Shown: one piece after another, positions 9,501 through 17,594 of the stretch
Position numbering within the stretch: position 1 is the first letter of the stretch
Layout of the letters: each line of letters starts with the position of its first letter
NCBI GenBank assembly: GCA_964509335.1
Contig: CAZDXB010000007.1
Span: 44,882-108,881, forward strand
From: an uncultured Hyphomicrobiales bacterium
GTDB taxonomy: Bacteria > Bacteroidota > Ignavibacteria > Kapaibacteriales > UBA2268
Reading direction: 5' to 3'
DNA: 64,000 nucleotides
Translations under genes and position numbers: made by a program
The notes under the pieces: generated by a model
Databases searched by the model: none
What the model was told of the DNA's origin: nothing
Seen by the model: the letters and a program-made list of their open reading frames with translations, nothing else

Positions 9501-9978
9501 TATCCTCGTTGTTTTCCTGTTTAGCGAGAATTAAGTAGTTGTTATCGTAAGCGACGCCGTCCATAGCGTAATATCTCTTTCCATTCGCAAAGATTTTTTT
9601 TGTTACGGCGCCTTCTTTGTCAACAATAAACATTGAACCTTCGTTGAAATCAAATATTTCGTCTTTCAATCCGGCTCTGAAGTTCTTAAACGGAATGTTA
9701 GCGATTAATTCGATAGCTTTGGAAGAATCGTTCTTTAAAATCGGATGGAAAGAAAAATCCTCGTAATAGTATATTCCTTCTCCGCCCACTATATAGAGAG
9801 AACTGTCGGGCGTTTGGATTATATCGTTGATTGTAGCGCCTGTCAGCCCCGCGTTGGAACCGAACTCAATCCATCGCCACCGCTCATTTAACTTCTCCTC
9901 CAAATCAAGCGCTTTAGAGAAGTTAAAAGTAAAAACCAATATTAAAAGAGCGATTGCAAAACTAAAATAGCGTCTCAT
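6553..9978 (-). CDS. Sensor histidine kinase with periplasmic two-component-regulator beta-propeller/Y_Y_Y region, TM, PAS, HisKA and HATPase_c domains (no receiver domain)
   Basis: 1141 aa. Signal peptide, then a long repeat-rich extracytoplasmic region with WxxG..G..F propeller-like repeats. TM helix PWFVIPLIALAGVLYLALVFFYL. PAS (RYRYIIENANDGIV). H-box ISHQYRTPLTIVQTSIDLL. C-terminal ATPase with G-boxes (GGETNVQSEGEKIIFTIKIP). Confidence 0.8.
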   Translation of the reverse strand: MRRYFSFAIALLILVFTFNFSKALDLEEKLNERWRWIEFGSNAGLTGATINDIIQTPDSSLYIVGGEGIYYYEDFSFHPILKNDSSKAIELIANIPFKNFRAGLKDEIFDFNEGSMFIVDKEGAVTKKIFANGKRYYAMDGVAYDNNYLILAKQENNEDKNYKLYLYDGENLKRFPMPKAVKINREIEANNVLFYTKSKCLWLNAPQGLYSFRNGKWTQKMQTPFANKFGIQKIVENNLGYGFFQCYFPQNFMGVWEFANHGEPKLNEWEIEPRIKTADINQEGEALIVFGNGKVKIWKGAKWENIKYPSFNLKYAKEIHYDFNGDLWVISSNKIYLCRLESTLWSYITFKNSRRNNINEIYKASDGTTWIASNKGLTVISSDGSKRFITKILGVPLSIVTAINEDENGNIWVGSGTLLEQSYKWDGERWKKVILDPGNRDLRVHKIRKDSENRLWFLTLSSKDPSKGYCAYALENGEIRKFDADGKFSEERIYDFLEDSSGAYWFATAKGVVRYKNGGIKRWNSNGDFPINKVSSLAYDKTKDKMFFSLTHQGAIGFIKDDSVHIIQRESMKGLTITEIEIDNNGCLWIATNGGVIYYNGNCFFNIDISSGLTSDKIWPLLIDSNKIYFGSSGGINILQAERVCKDKISVALESSTKKEGSKTIVQWKINSFCLLDLKKICSQYRIDGGEWSSWTKSRKAEFNDLSSGEHTFELRFKRIFDAKGKEIFIQKFELETPMYKNPWFVIPLIALAGVLYLALVFFYLKRARYLNEIKQSRLNLEESEKRYRYIIENANDGIVTTRHGLFNYTNPKAAEMLGINPKKLIGRRIVDFVAEEFKSKAEEIIERLKKGLEAPDRMEIKLRRDDRSEFWADARLNKVEYDIGYGALIIVTDIDERKAVEKKLKESLEEEHKLSVMKSSIISNISHQYRTPLTIVQTSIDLLRIHYEKGDKDKFEKNLSKIQSAIDRMIRFLEDILLLGKIESSDIEVKKEQIVLKQFCDDLVKGAPKPEDKEVSVSVECNIDDDKVETDPYLLKIVVGKILKTALELALDKSQVKLCLERTGGWLLCEIYVGATSIDKERVENLFEPFYEGHLSEDSDADNFSLAIAKDCADILGGETNVQSEGEKIIFTIKIPERIS

Positions 9979-10162
9979 ATCTTTTCTAATTTAACCTTTT
10001 ATTATTGCAAAGATAAAACTAACTCAATAACCAAGCAATTTTATCTCAATATATTATAAAAAAATTATTCGAATTTCGCCCATAATTTTGAATATATTTG
10101 AAAAAATAATTAAGTTGATTTTTTTATTATCTTGTTATAAAGTAAAAAGGAAGGCGATAAAT

Positions 10163-11356
10163 ATGAGCGGTTCAAAAATAATACCGGCGGAGAAGACTAA
10201 AGGCATAACCTACGCTATCAGAGATATAATAGTAATAGCGAACGAAACGGCTAAAACCGGCAAGGAAATGATGTATCTAAACATCGGCGACCCAAACGCA
10301 TACGACCACGTAACGCCGCCTCATATAGTAGAAGCGGTTTGCAAGGCTATGCGCGACAACAAGAACGGCTATTGCCCATCTTCGGGAATACCGGAAGCTC
10401 TCGACGCGATAGTCGAGGACGCGGAGTCAAAAGGAATTACAAACGTATTGGACGCGTTCGTAACTTCCGGGGCGAGCGAGGCGATAGAAATTTGCTTGAC
10501 GGCGTTGCTGAACAAAGGCGAGAATTTTCTGATGCCGACGCCGGGGTATCCGCTATACACGGCGGTTCAGAGCAAATTGGAATTGGAGCCGAATCCTTAT
10601 TATCTGGACGAGTCGAACGGTTGGCAACCCGACATCGAGGACATTAAATCTAAGATAAACGATAAGACGCGCGCTATTGTAGTCATTAATCCAAACAACC
10701 CGACAGGTTCGGTCGCTTCGAAAGAAATTTTAGAGCGAATCGCGGAAATAGCTATCGAAAATAATTTGCTCGTCATAGCCGACGAAATTTACGATAAACT
10801 ACTTTTCAGCGGCGAGAAGCACGCTTCGATAGCGTCGTTGAGCGAAGATTTGTCTTGCGTAACCTTTTCCGGTATGTCGAAAAACTACGTCGTTCCCGGT
10901 TTCCGTTTGGGTTGGGGCGTAGCGAGCGGAAAAAAAGAAGAGACGGCGAAATTTATAGAAGCCGTCAATAGAATACTTCGAGCGAGAGTTTGCGCCAACC
11001 ATCCCGAGCAATACGGAGCGATAGCGGCTTTGAAGGGCGAACAAACTCACTTGAAAAAAATGAACGAAACTTTGAAGCGGCGAAACGACTTGACGGTAAA
11101 ATATCTTAACGAAATACCGAGAACTTCGTTAGTTCAGCCGAAGGGAGCGTTTTACGCTTTTCCGAGCGTAGAAGTCGAGGACGATTTTCAGTTCGTCAAA
11201 GATTTGATTAAAGCTACCGGCGTAGTTGTAGTTCCCGGTTCAGGATTTGGTCAAAAGTCCGGGACAACGCATTTCAGAGCGGTTATATTACCCGACGAAG
11301 AAACGATAGAGAAATCTTATAAATTGATAGGCGACTTTTTAGCGGATTACAAATGA
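10163..11356 (+). CDS. PLP-dependent class I/II aminotransferase (alanine/aspartate aminotransferase-like)
   Basis: Track ORF 10088 starts at TTG. ATG at 10163 has an AAAAGGAAGG RBS. Motifs LNIGDPN, ...NPNNPTGSV and the PLP-lysine context FSGMSKNYVVPGFRLGW. Confidence 0.8.
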   Translation: MSGSKIIPAEKTKGITYAIRDIIVIANETAKTGKEMMYLNIGDPNAYDHVTPPHIVEAVCKAMRDNKNGYCPSSGIPEALDAIVEDAESKGITNVLDAFVTSGASEAIEICLTALLNKGENFLMPTPGYPLYTAVQSKLELEPNPYYLDESNGWQPDIEDIKSKINDKTRAIVVINPNNPTGSVASKEILERIAEIAIENNLLVIADEIYDKLLFSGEKHASIASLSEDLSCVTFSGMSKNYVVPGFRLGWGVASGKKEETAKFIEAVNRILRARVCANHPEQYGAIAALKGEQTHLKKMNETLKRRNDLTVKYLNEIPRTSLVQPKGAFYAFPSVEVEDDFQFVKDLIKATGVVVVPGSGFGQKSGTTHFRAVILPDEETIEKSYKLIGDFLADYK

Positions 11357-13278
11357 ACCGTCGAAAGAATCTAATATGCTTTTTAGTCTCTTTCGTCGTA
11401 AGCTATGTTTTCTATATTATGACGACTGCGCCGGACGTTACTTTTACTGACAACGGCGAGCTAGCGGCGGTTTGCTCGACTTTGGGAATAGCTCATCCGA
11501 CTGGCTATCCGCTTTTCGCGATCCTCGGATATCTTTGGTCGCTTTTGCCGTTGCCATTTTCTGAGGTATATTCTCTAAATCTGTTCGCGGGTTTTTTAAC
11601 CGCCGCTTCCGTCGGCGTATTTTATTTACTGGTAGAATCTTTGTTAAAAATAAAGCCGCGGAACGAGACAAAATCTAAAAAGAGAAAAGGCGCGAAAGGA
11701 AAAAAGAATGATTCTTCGCTAAGCGAGAAATTAGGGGAGGACGGCGTAAAATTAATAGCTCTCGCGTCGGCGTTCTTCTACGCTTTCGCGGGAATTATTT
11801 GGGCGCAGGCGACTTCGCTGGAGGTTTACTCTTTGCATCTTTTGTTGATGAATTTAACGCTTTTGCTAGTAGTAAAAGGCGTGTCGTCTGAAAAGAAAAA
11901 GGAGGCTTATTTCTTCGTCGCCGCCTTGGTTCTTGGGATGAGTTTTTCGAACCATATGACGTCGATATTGTTAATCCCGCCGATATTATTTATGTACTTC
12001 AAGCGTCCGGGCGAGAAATTTGATTTCGGCGAGGGAAGATTTAAAATTCTGCTAGTATTGCTAATCCCATTCTTCGTTGGGTTGAGCTTCTATCTATATC
12101 TGCCGCTTCGCTCGGCGGCTATGCCCGAATTCAATTGGGGTTGGGTCTCGCGTAGTTTTGATAAATTTCTTTATCACGTTAGCGGCAAGCAGTATCAGGT
12201 TTGGATGTTTTCAGACCCTTCGACTTGGCAAACAAATATCCAAAAGTTTATAGAAATACTTCCTCGGCAATTAGCTTGGATAGGCTTTATTCCGGCGGTT
12301 GTCGGTATATACGCGAGTTATAAAGCGGCGAAAGAAATATTCTGGTTTTTGGCGCTTTTAGTTCTTTGCTGCGTCCTTTATTCGATGAATTACTCAATCA
12401 CGGATATCGAGTCCTACTTTATTACGGCGGTAGCGGGCTTGATAGTTTTCGCGGCTTTCGGGGTCGCTTATCTTATTCGAACTAAACCGAAGCTCGTTCC
12501 TTTGGCGTTCGTTCTACCGGTATTGGCTCTAGCGTTTAATTATACTTCCAACGACCGTTCGGACGGTTACGTCGTTCCAGAATACACAAGAATTTTACTA
12601 AAGAAAATAGAGCCGAACGCCGTAATAATATCGGCGCAATGGGATTTTTTCTGTTCGGCTTTTTGGTATAAACAGAGAGTCGAGGGCGTTCGACCGGATA
12701 TTACTTTAATCGAGCAGGAGTTGCTTAGAAGGACTTGGTATTTAGAACAGCTCAAACGCTGGTATCCCGAAACGATAACGCCCTGCGAAGCGGAAATAAA
12801 CGCTTATCTGAAGGACTTAGAACTGTTCGAATCAGGTGAAGACTATCAGGCGGGCGTTTTGCAAGGGAAATACGAAAATCTTCTTAATTGTTTTATCGAC
12901 AAAAATATCGGCGAAAAGCCAGTTTATATCACGCTCGACATAATGCAAAAAGAAAATAACGTCGGTAGGAAATACGAAAAAATTGCAGACGGCTTCGCTT
13001 TGAAATTAGTTGAAAACAGAAAAGGGATATCGGTTACAACCGACGATATAAATATTGAAAAATTCTTGAAATCCTTGAACGACAGCGAAGGATTGTTTGT
13101 AGAGGCGACGAGAAACAACGCGGCGATTAATTTTGTAAACGTAGCCCGCTACCAATTTACTACGGGAGACGTCGAGGGAGCGAAGAATACAATGCAAAAA
13201 GCTTATAAAATCGCGCCGGAGAACGAATACGTGTTAAATACAATGAGGAATATGACAAACGCAAATATTAGAAATTAA
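11353..13278 (+). CDS. DUF2723 family polytopic membrane protein (GT-C-like glycosyltransferase fold) with C-terminal helical/TPR-like domain
   Basis: 641 aa, >10 predicted TM helices. The N-terminal motif TTAPDVTFTDNGELAAVCSTLGIAHPTGYPLF matches the DUF2723 signature (D.GE...GIAHPPGYP). Start overlaps the upstream stop (ATGA). Confidence 0.65.
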   Translation: MNRRKNLICFLVSFVVSYVFYIMTTAPDVTFTDNGELAAVCSTLGIAHPTGYPLFAILGYLWSLLPLPFSEVYSLNLFAGFLTAASVGVFYLLVESLLKIKPRNETKSKKRKGAKGKKNDSSLSEKLGEDGVKLIALASAFFYAFAGIIWAQATSLEVYSLHLLLMNLTLLLVVKGVSSEKKKEAYFFVAALVLGMSFSNHMTSILLIPPILFMYFKRPGEKFDFGEGRFKILLVLLIPFFVGLSFYLYLPLRSAAMPEFNWGWVSRSFDKFLYHVSGKQYQVWMFSDPSTWQTNIQKFIEILPRQLAWIGFIPAVVGIYASYKAAKEIFWFLALLVLCCVLYSMNYSITDIESYFITAVAGLIVFAAFGVAYLIRTKPKLVPLAFVLPVLALAFNYTSNDRSDGYVVPEYTRILLKKIEPNAVIISAQWDFFCSAFWYKQRVEGVRPDITLIEQELLRRTWYLEQLKRWYPETITPCEAEINAYLKDLELFESGEDYQAGVLQGKYENLLNCFIDKNIGEKPVYITLDIMQKENNVGRKYEKIADGFALKLVENRKGISVTTDDINIEKFLKSLNDSEGLFVEATRNNAAINFVNVARYQFTTGDVEGAKNTMQKAYKIAPENEYVLNTMRNMTNANIRN

Positions 13279-13327
13279 CTTTTAGAAGGAAGACTTAAGT
13301 AAGTATAACAAATAAATTACAATTTAT

Positions 13328-14410
13328 ATGAGAAAAATAAACATAGCGCTAATAACGCTTATAATAGCTTTCGCGGCTATAGGGCGAGCCGCGGGACAGG
13401 AGCCTTTGGTAGCTTACAAATACATGGGGCAGTGGCATGTATTAGACAATCGAGGCAACGAGTTTTTTCCGCCTTTTCAAGCGAATAAAGTAAAGGGATA
13501 CGGCGACGGATTGATATGTTTTTCCAAAAAGCGTTTCGGATTGGAAAGATGGGGCTATATGAATATGAAGGGCGATGTCGTCATTTCGCCCCAATACGAC
13601 ATAGCTTTTCCTTTTTCCGACAATAGAGCCTTGGTAGCTAATTACTTAAACGAAACGACGATGGCTCTTAATTTTCATTATATAAATAAAAAAGGCGAGA
13701 AAATAAACGATAAAGAGTATATCGACGCTTTGCCATTCAGCGAGGGGTTGGCTTTTTGTATGGAGAAAAAAAACAAAAGCGGATATATTGATACTTCAGG
13801 CGCTAAGGTTCTCGATATGAACGGTCTAATCGGCAATAAATTCAGCGAAGGATTGGCTTCGTTTGTCGACCATTCGATGCAACAAGGATATATTAATAGG
13901 GACTCTGAAGTAATTATCGAGTCAGAATATTCTACGGCAAAGGAATTTTCGGAAGGATTAGCCGCCGTTTCTATCGGTACCAAATTCGGATACGTTAACG
14001 CCAAAAGCGAAACGCAAATAAAGCTCAAATTCGACGACGCCAAATCGTTCAATTGCGGCAGAGCGTTCGTAGGAGATTTATACCCCAAAAAGTTTCAAAC
14101 AAAATGGGGTATTATCGATACTTCCGGCTTTTTTGTTGTTCACTATAAATATTGGAAAATTAATAATTTCAGAGAAGGATTAGCTTCCGTAAAGGAAACA
14201 GATAAGTGGGGATTCGTCGATAAAAAAGGCGAATACGCAATCGAGCCGAAATTCAGCTACGCCGGTTCTTTCTTCGACGGATTAGCTTACGTCGCTATCG
14301 AGGAAGAAGAAAAATTCGGATTTATAGATAAAAAGGGGAAGTTCATTTTGCAGATTCCTCGCTTTTCTTTGGCGGTAGATTTGAGATTAAACGAACAAGT
14401 TTATAAATAA
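13328..14410 (+). CDS. WG-containing repeat (KWG) secreted protein
   Basis: Signal peptide. Repeated units of the form WGYM/WGII/WGFVDKKG...PxF..A..FSEGLA, characteristic of the WG_beta_rep family. Confidence 0.6.
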   Translation: MRKINIALITLIIAFAAIGRAAGQEPLVAYKYMGQWHVLDNRGNEFFPPFQANKVKGYGDGLICFSKKRFGLERWGYMNMKGDVVISPQYDIAFPFSDNRALVANYLNETTMALNFHYINKKGEKINDKEYIDALPFSEGLAFCMEKKNKSGYIDTSGAKVLDMNGLIGNKFSEGLASFVDHSMQQGYINRDSEVIIESEYSTAKEFSEGLAAVSIGTKFGYVNAKSETQIKLKFDDAKSFNCGRAFVGDLYPKKFQTKWGIIDTSGFFVVHYKYWKINNFREGLASVKETDKWGFVDKKGEYAIEPKFSYAGSFFDGLAYVAIEEEEKFGFIDKKGKFILQIPRFSLAVDLRLNEQVYK

Positions 14411-14422
14411 AAGGATTTTGCT

Positions 14423-15361
14423 ATGAAACGGTTAAATTTAATTCTCGCCGTTCTCTTTTCCGGTCTTATCATTTTCGGTTCTTGCGAGGAGGAATCTTCG
14501 GGTCCTTCTTGCAACACCGATATAGACGACAGAGTAGCCGATTTATACGATTGTCCGCCCGACGCCGGCAATTGTTACGAGGGCGACCTCGCGCAAAGGG
14601 TGCAAGACGACGTTTTAGAGCGAGTCAACTATTTCAGAAATATTCACAATTTGCCGGACGTATCCTACAATCCAACCTTCGACGATTACGTTCAAAAAGC
14701 TTCTCTTATTGCCGCCGCGAACAAGGCGCTAACGCATTACCCGAGCGAATCGGCAAAATGTTATACAGCCGTCGGCGATACGGGCAGCCAGAAAAGCAAT
14801 TTAGCTCTTTCTTGGAGCGGCGGATTTGTAGATAAAGCATCCGAGTATTTTGTAGATGGATGGATAAGCGAAATCCACTCTGCCAGTATCGGACACAGGC
14901 GTTGGATTCTACATCCTTTTTTAAATACGGTTTCTTTCGGCAGGGTGGATAGTTTTGAAGAAGGACACGTCGTCGGTTCGGCGTTATACGTAATGGATTC
15001 GAAATCGCCAAGCCAAGCAAACGTAGAGTTCATAGCTTGTCCGTTCCATAATTATCCATCGTCCGCTTTTCCGAATAACGCGCGATTTTCTTTTCAAATT
15101 CTCGCCGATAAGGATTCGCCTTGGGGCGCTAACCGAAACGTAGATTTTTCTAACGCGAGCATAGAGGTTTACCAAGGCTCGCCGGATAATTCGCTCTCCG
15201 TTAATTCCGTTAAATACGACAACGATGGATACGGTTTGCCGAATTGCATTCAATGGAAAACAAGTACGTTTTCCTACGGGGCGAGATATACGGTTAACGT
15301 TTCGAACGTTATTGTCGGCGGCGAATCAAAAGATTACGAATATTGGTTCGAGATTGATTAA
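14423..15361 (+). CDS. Lipoprotein with CAP/SCP-like domain (tentative)
   Basis: Signal peptide ending IIFGSC (lipobox-like). VNYFRNIHNLP resembles the CAP2 motif and GHRRWILHP is a CAP1/3-like motif. The assignment is weak. Confidence 0.4.
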   Translation: MKRLNLILAVLFSGLIIFGSCEEESSGPSCNTDIDDRVADLYDCPPDAGNCYEGDLAQRVQDDVLERVNYFRNIHNLPDVSYNPTFDDYVQKASLIAAANKALTHYPSESAKCYTAVGDTGSQKSNLALSWSGGFVDKASEYFVDGWISEIHSASIGHRRWILHPFLNTVSFGRVDSFEEGHVVGSALYVMDSKSPSQANVEFIACPFHNYPSSAFPNNARFSFQILADKDSPWGANRNVDFSNASIEVYQGSPDNSLSVNSVKYDNDGYGLPNCIQWKTSTFSYGARYTVNVSNVIVGGESKDYEYWFEID

Positions 15362-15468
15362 CAAAATATGCCCGTAATACCTACTTTGATTTTTTGACAA
15401 AGATGAAAGATAATAAAGCAAAAAATCGCCGAAAATTAATACGTTTGGAGTAAGACGGAAAAGCGAAG

Positions 15469-15903
15469 TTGAATGACGCGGGCAAAATGATTGAGAAATG
15501 GTATCTTGAGTTAGAGAATAAATTCAAAGACGTTCAGAGCGATTATTTTGTAGTAATGCCAAATCATTTTCATTGTATCATATCAAAAGTAGGGGCAGAC
15601 CTATGTGTCTGCCCCAAGAATAAGCGGATAGAGAAAAATAGCGAACGCGATATTAATAAGGAATCCATAAAAAGGGTCGAACACACAGGTTCGCCCCTAC
15701 ACTCGATAATCCAATGGTTTAAAACAATGACAACCAATGAATATATTAGAGGAGTTAAAAACAACAATTGGCGTCCTTTCCCCAGCAAATTGTGGCAACG
15801 CAACTACTACGAACGTGTTATCCGAAGCGACCGCGATTTATACGAATTACGAAAATATATCAAATACAACCCATTAAAATGGACATACGACAAATACTAT
15901 TAA
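15469..15903 (+). CDS. IS200/IS605-family Y1 (HuH) transposase, REP-associated tyrosine transposase (RAYT)-like; N-terminally short or interrupted
   Basis: HuH motif VVMPNHFHCII at residues ~30-40. C-terminal LWQRNYYERVIRSDRDLYELRKYIKYNPLKW carries the catalytic-Tyr motif (WQ..YY.H/R.IR) of Y1 transposases/RAYTs. The usual ~30-aa N-terminal beta-strand region is absent. An in-frame TAA at 15451-15453 separates an upstream MKDNKAKNRRKLIRLE segment (15403..) from the rest. Confidence 0.7.
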   Translation: MNDAGKMIEKWYLELENKFKDVQSDYFVVMPNHFHCIISKVGADLCVCPKNKRIEKNSERDINKESIKRVEHTGSPLHSIIQWFKTMTTNEYIRGVKNNNWRPFPSKLWQRNYYERVIRSDRDLYELRKYIKYNPLKWTYDKYY

Positions 15904-15924
15904 ATAAAAACAAGTAATTGAAAT

Positions 15925-17235
15925 ATGACCCATTACAACATAATTAGCTTCTTCGGTTTGTTTGTTCTGATGGGAGTCGCTTGGCTGTTCTCTTCGGATA
16001 AAAAAAATATGAACTGGAGGGCGATTCTGTGGGGGACGGCGTTTCAATTCGCGATAGCGGCTTTTGTTTTTCTCGTTCCAATTGGAACGGACATATTTCT
16101 ATTCGTAAATAAATCGGTGATAAAATTCCTCGATTCCGCTTTCAAAGGGGCGGAATTCGTATTCGGACCTTTAGCGATACCGCCCGGAGAGACCGGCGAA
16201 GGCGGACAAAAATCTTTGGGCTTCATACTCGCTTTTCAAGGCTTGCCGACTATAATCTTCTTCGCCGCTTTTATTTCCATACTTTACTTCTTCGGCATAA
16301 TGCAAGTTATAATCAGGGGCTTCGCTTACGCGTTCGCCAAGCTGATGAAACTTTCCGGCGCCGAATCGCTCTCGGCGGCGAGCAATATATTCGTCGGCAT
16401 CGAGTCGGCTCTGACGATTAAGCCGTATTTGGAAAAGATGACGAAATCGGAGTTGTGCCTTGTTTTGACGGCGGGAACGGCGACAATCGCGTCAAGCATC
16501 CTCGCGACATACGTTTATATTTTGCAGAACCAAATCCCAACTATAGCGGGGCATCTAGTTTCCGCCTCGCTAATTTCCGCGCCCGCCGCGATTGTTATGG
16601 CGAAAATCGTCGAGCCGGAAAAAGACGAGCCGGAGACTTTGGGCGAAAGAGTCGAGCCATACTACGAAAAAGACCGCAACTTCTTCACGGCAATTATCAA
16701 CGGAGCGAATTCGGGCGTGAAAATGATTGTCGGCATAGTCGCTTTGCTCATCGCCGTCGTCAGCTTAGTGGCATTAGCGAACCAAATAGTAGGATTGCTC
16801 GGAGACTTAATAAACTGGATTTTCGGAACGGAAATAGACTTATCTTTGGAGAAAATTCTCGGCTACGTTTTCTATCCGTTCACTTTACTTATAGGAATAC
16901 CGCTGGAAGACGCCGCTAAAATGTCGGAAATAATAGGCGAGCGAATAATCGTTACCGAGCTGGTGTCTTATCAAGATTTAGCGGAGGCGATTAATCGGGG
17001 ACAAATAACTAATCCGCGTTCGATGGTCGTCGGCGCTTACGCTCTGTGCGGTTTCGCGCATTTCGCCTCAATCGCGATATTCACTGGCGGCATATCCGCT
17101 CTAGTCCCCAATAAAACGAAAGTCCTTACTTCGGTTGCGCTGAAAGCCTTGTTCGCCGCCGTTCTGGCTACGCTCGCCACCGCTTGCGTCGCCGGCGTTT
17201 TCTACGTTCAGGATCCGTCGATAATAGAGTTTTAA
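15925..17235 (+). CDS. nupC: NupC/CNT-family concentrative nucleoside transporter
   Basis: 436 aa polytopic protein. Conserved CNT motifs (GIESALTIKPYL, LTAGTATIASSILATYV, GFAHFASIAIFTGG). Confidence 0.85.
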   Translation: MTHYNIISFFGLFVLMGVAWLFSSDKKNMNWRAILWGTAFQFAIAAFVFLVPIGTDIFLFVNKSVIKFLDSAFKGAEFVFGPLAIPPGETGEGGQKSLGFILAFQGLPTIIFFAAFISILYFFGIMQVIIRGFAYAFAKLMKLSGAESLSAASNIFVGIESALTIKPYLEKMTKSELCLVLTAGTATIASSILATYVYILQNQIPTIAGHLVSASLISAPAAIVMAKIVEPEKDEPETLGERVEPYYEKDRNFFTAIINGANSGVKMIVGIVALLIAVVSLVALANQIVGLLGDLINWIFGTEIDLSLEKILGYVFYPFTLLIGIPLEDAAKMSEIIGERIIVTELVSYQDLAEAINRGQITNPRSMVVGAYALCGFAHFASIAIFTGGISALVPNKTKVLTSVALKALFAAVLATLATACVAGVFYVQDPSIIEF

Positions 17236-17250
17236 ATATTATATCGACTC

Positions 17251-17296
17251 GTTACGTCCGCTCCGGCGACGGAAAGCATACTAAGACGCTCCGCGT
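17251..17296 (+). repeat. REP-like element family 1, copy c (degenerate)
   Basis: CGTTACGTCCGCTCCGGCGACGGAAAGCATACTAAGACGCTCCGCGT, 16 bp after the nupC stop. Confidence 0.65.
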
Positions 17297-17331
17297 TGGT
17301 AGAGCCGAGCCGCTAACCAAAACAGTAGAAC

Positions 17332-17423
17332 GGGCTTTCTAGCCTGATTATTATACCTTTTTATTGTTTTTTTTATTGCTCAAGCTAGGAAGCTTGAGCT
17401 ACTTTTGGAGATGTTATTACGCG
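17332..17423 (+). repeat. ~95-bp repeat family 5 (GGGCTTYCTAGCCTG...CTCAAGCTRGGAAG.TTG.GCTACTTT.GAGA.ATRTTATTACG), copy A; contains terminator-like hairpin GCTCAAGCTAGGAAGCTTGAGC (17378-17399)
   Basis: Aligns at ~75 % with 56238-56330. Both copies lie just downstream of a + strand gene stop. The internal perfect 22-bp hairpin is followed by ACUUUUGG. Confidence 0.65.
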
Positions 17424-17427
17424 TCTT

Positions 17428-17451
17428 TTTCCGAAATTGCAATTTCGGAAA
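17428..17451. repeat. Hairpin repeat family 2 copy (TTTCCGAAATTGCAATTTCGGAAA)
   Basis: Perfect palindrome. Confidence 0.7.
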
Positions 17452-17594
17452 GAGAGAATGGAACCCGCCCTTACTTTTATGTATTTCACAGCTTTATAGC
17501 TTATTAACAAATTTTTCCTTAACTTACGCCTTCAAGAATTCTGAAAAAATTACGATAACTATACTTATAATATGTGATTCTAAAGAATTTGACT

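Noticed and set aside
10088-10162. TTG-initiated N-terminal extension of the aminotransferase (MNIFEKIIKLIFLLSCYKVKRKAIN)
   Set aside because: The ATG at 10163 has a strong AAAAGGAAGG RBS and yields a canonical aminotransferase N-terminus. The upstream extension is AT-rich promoter DNA.
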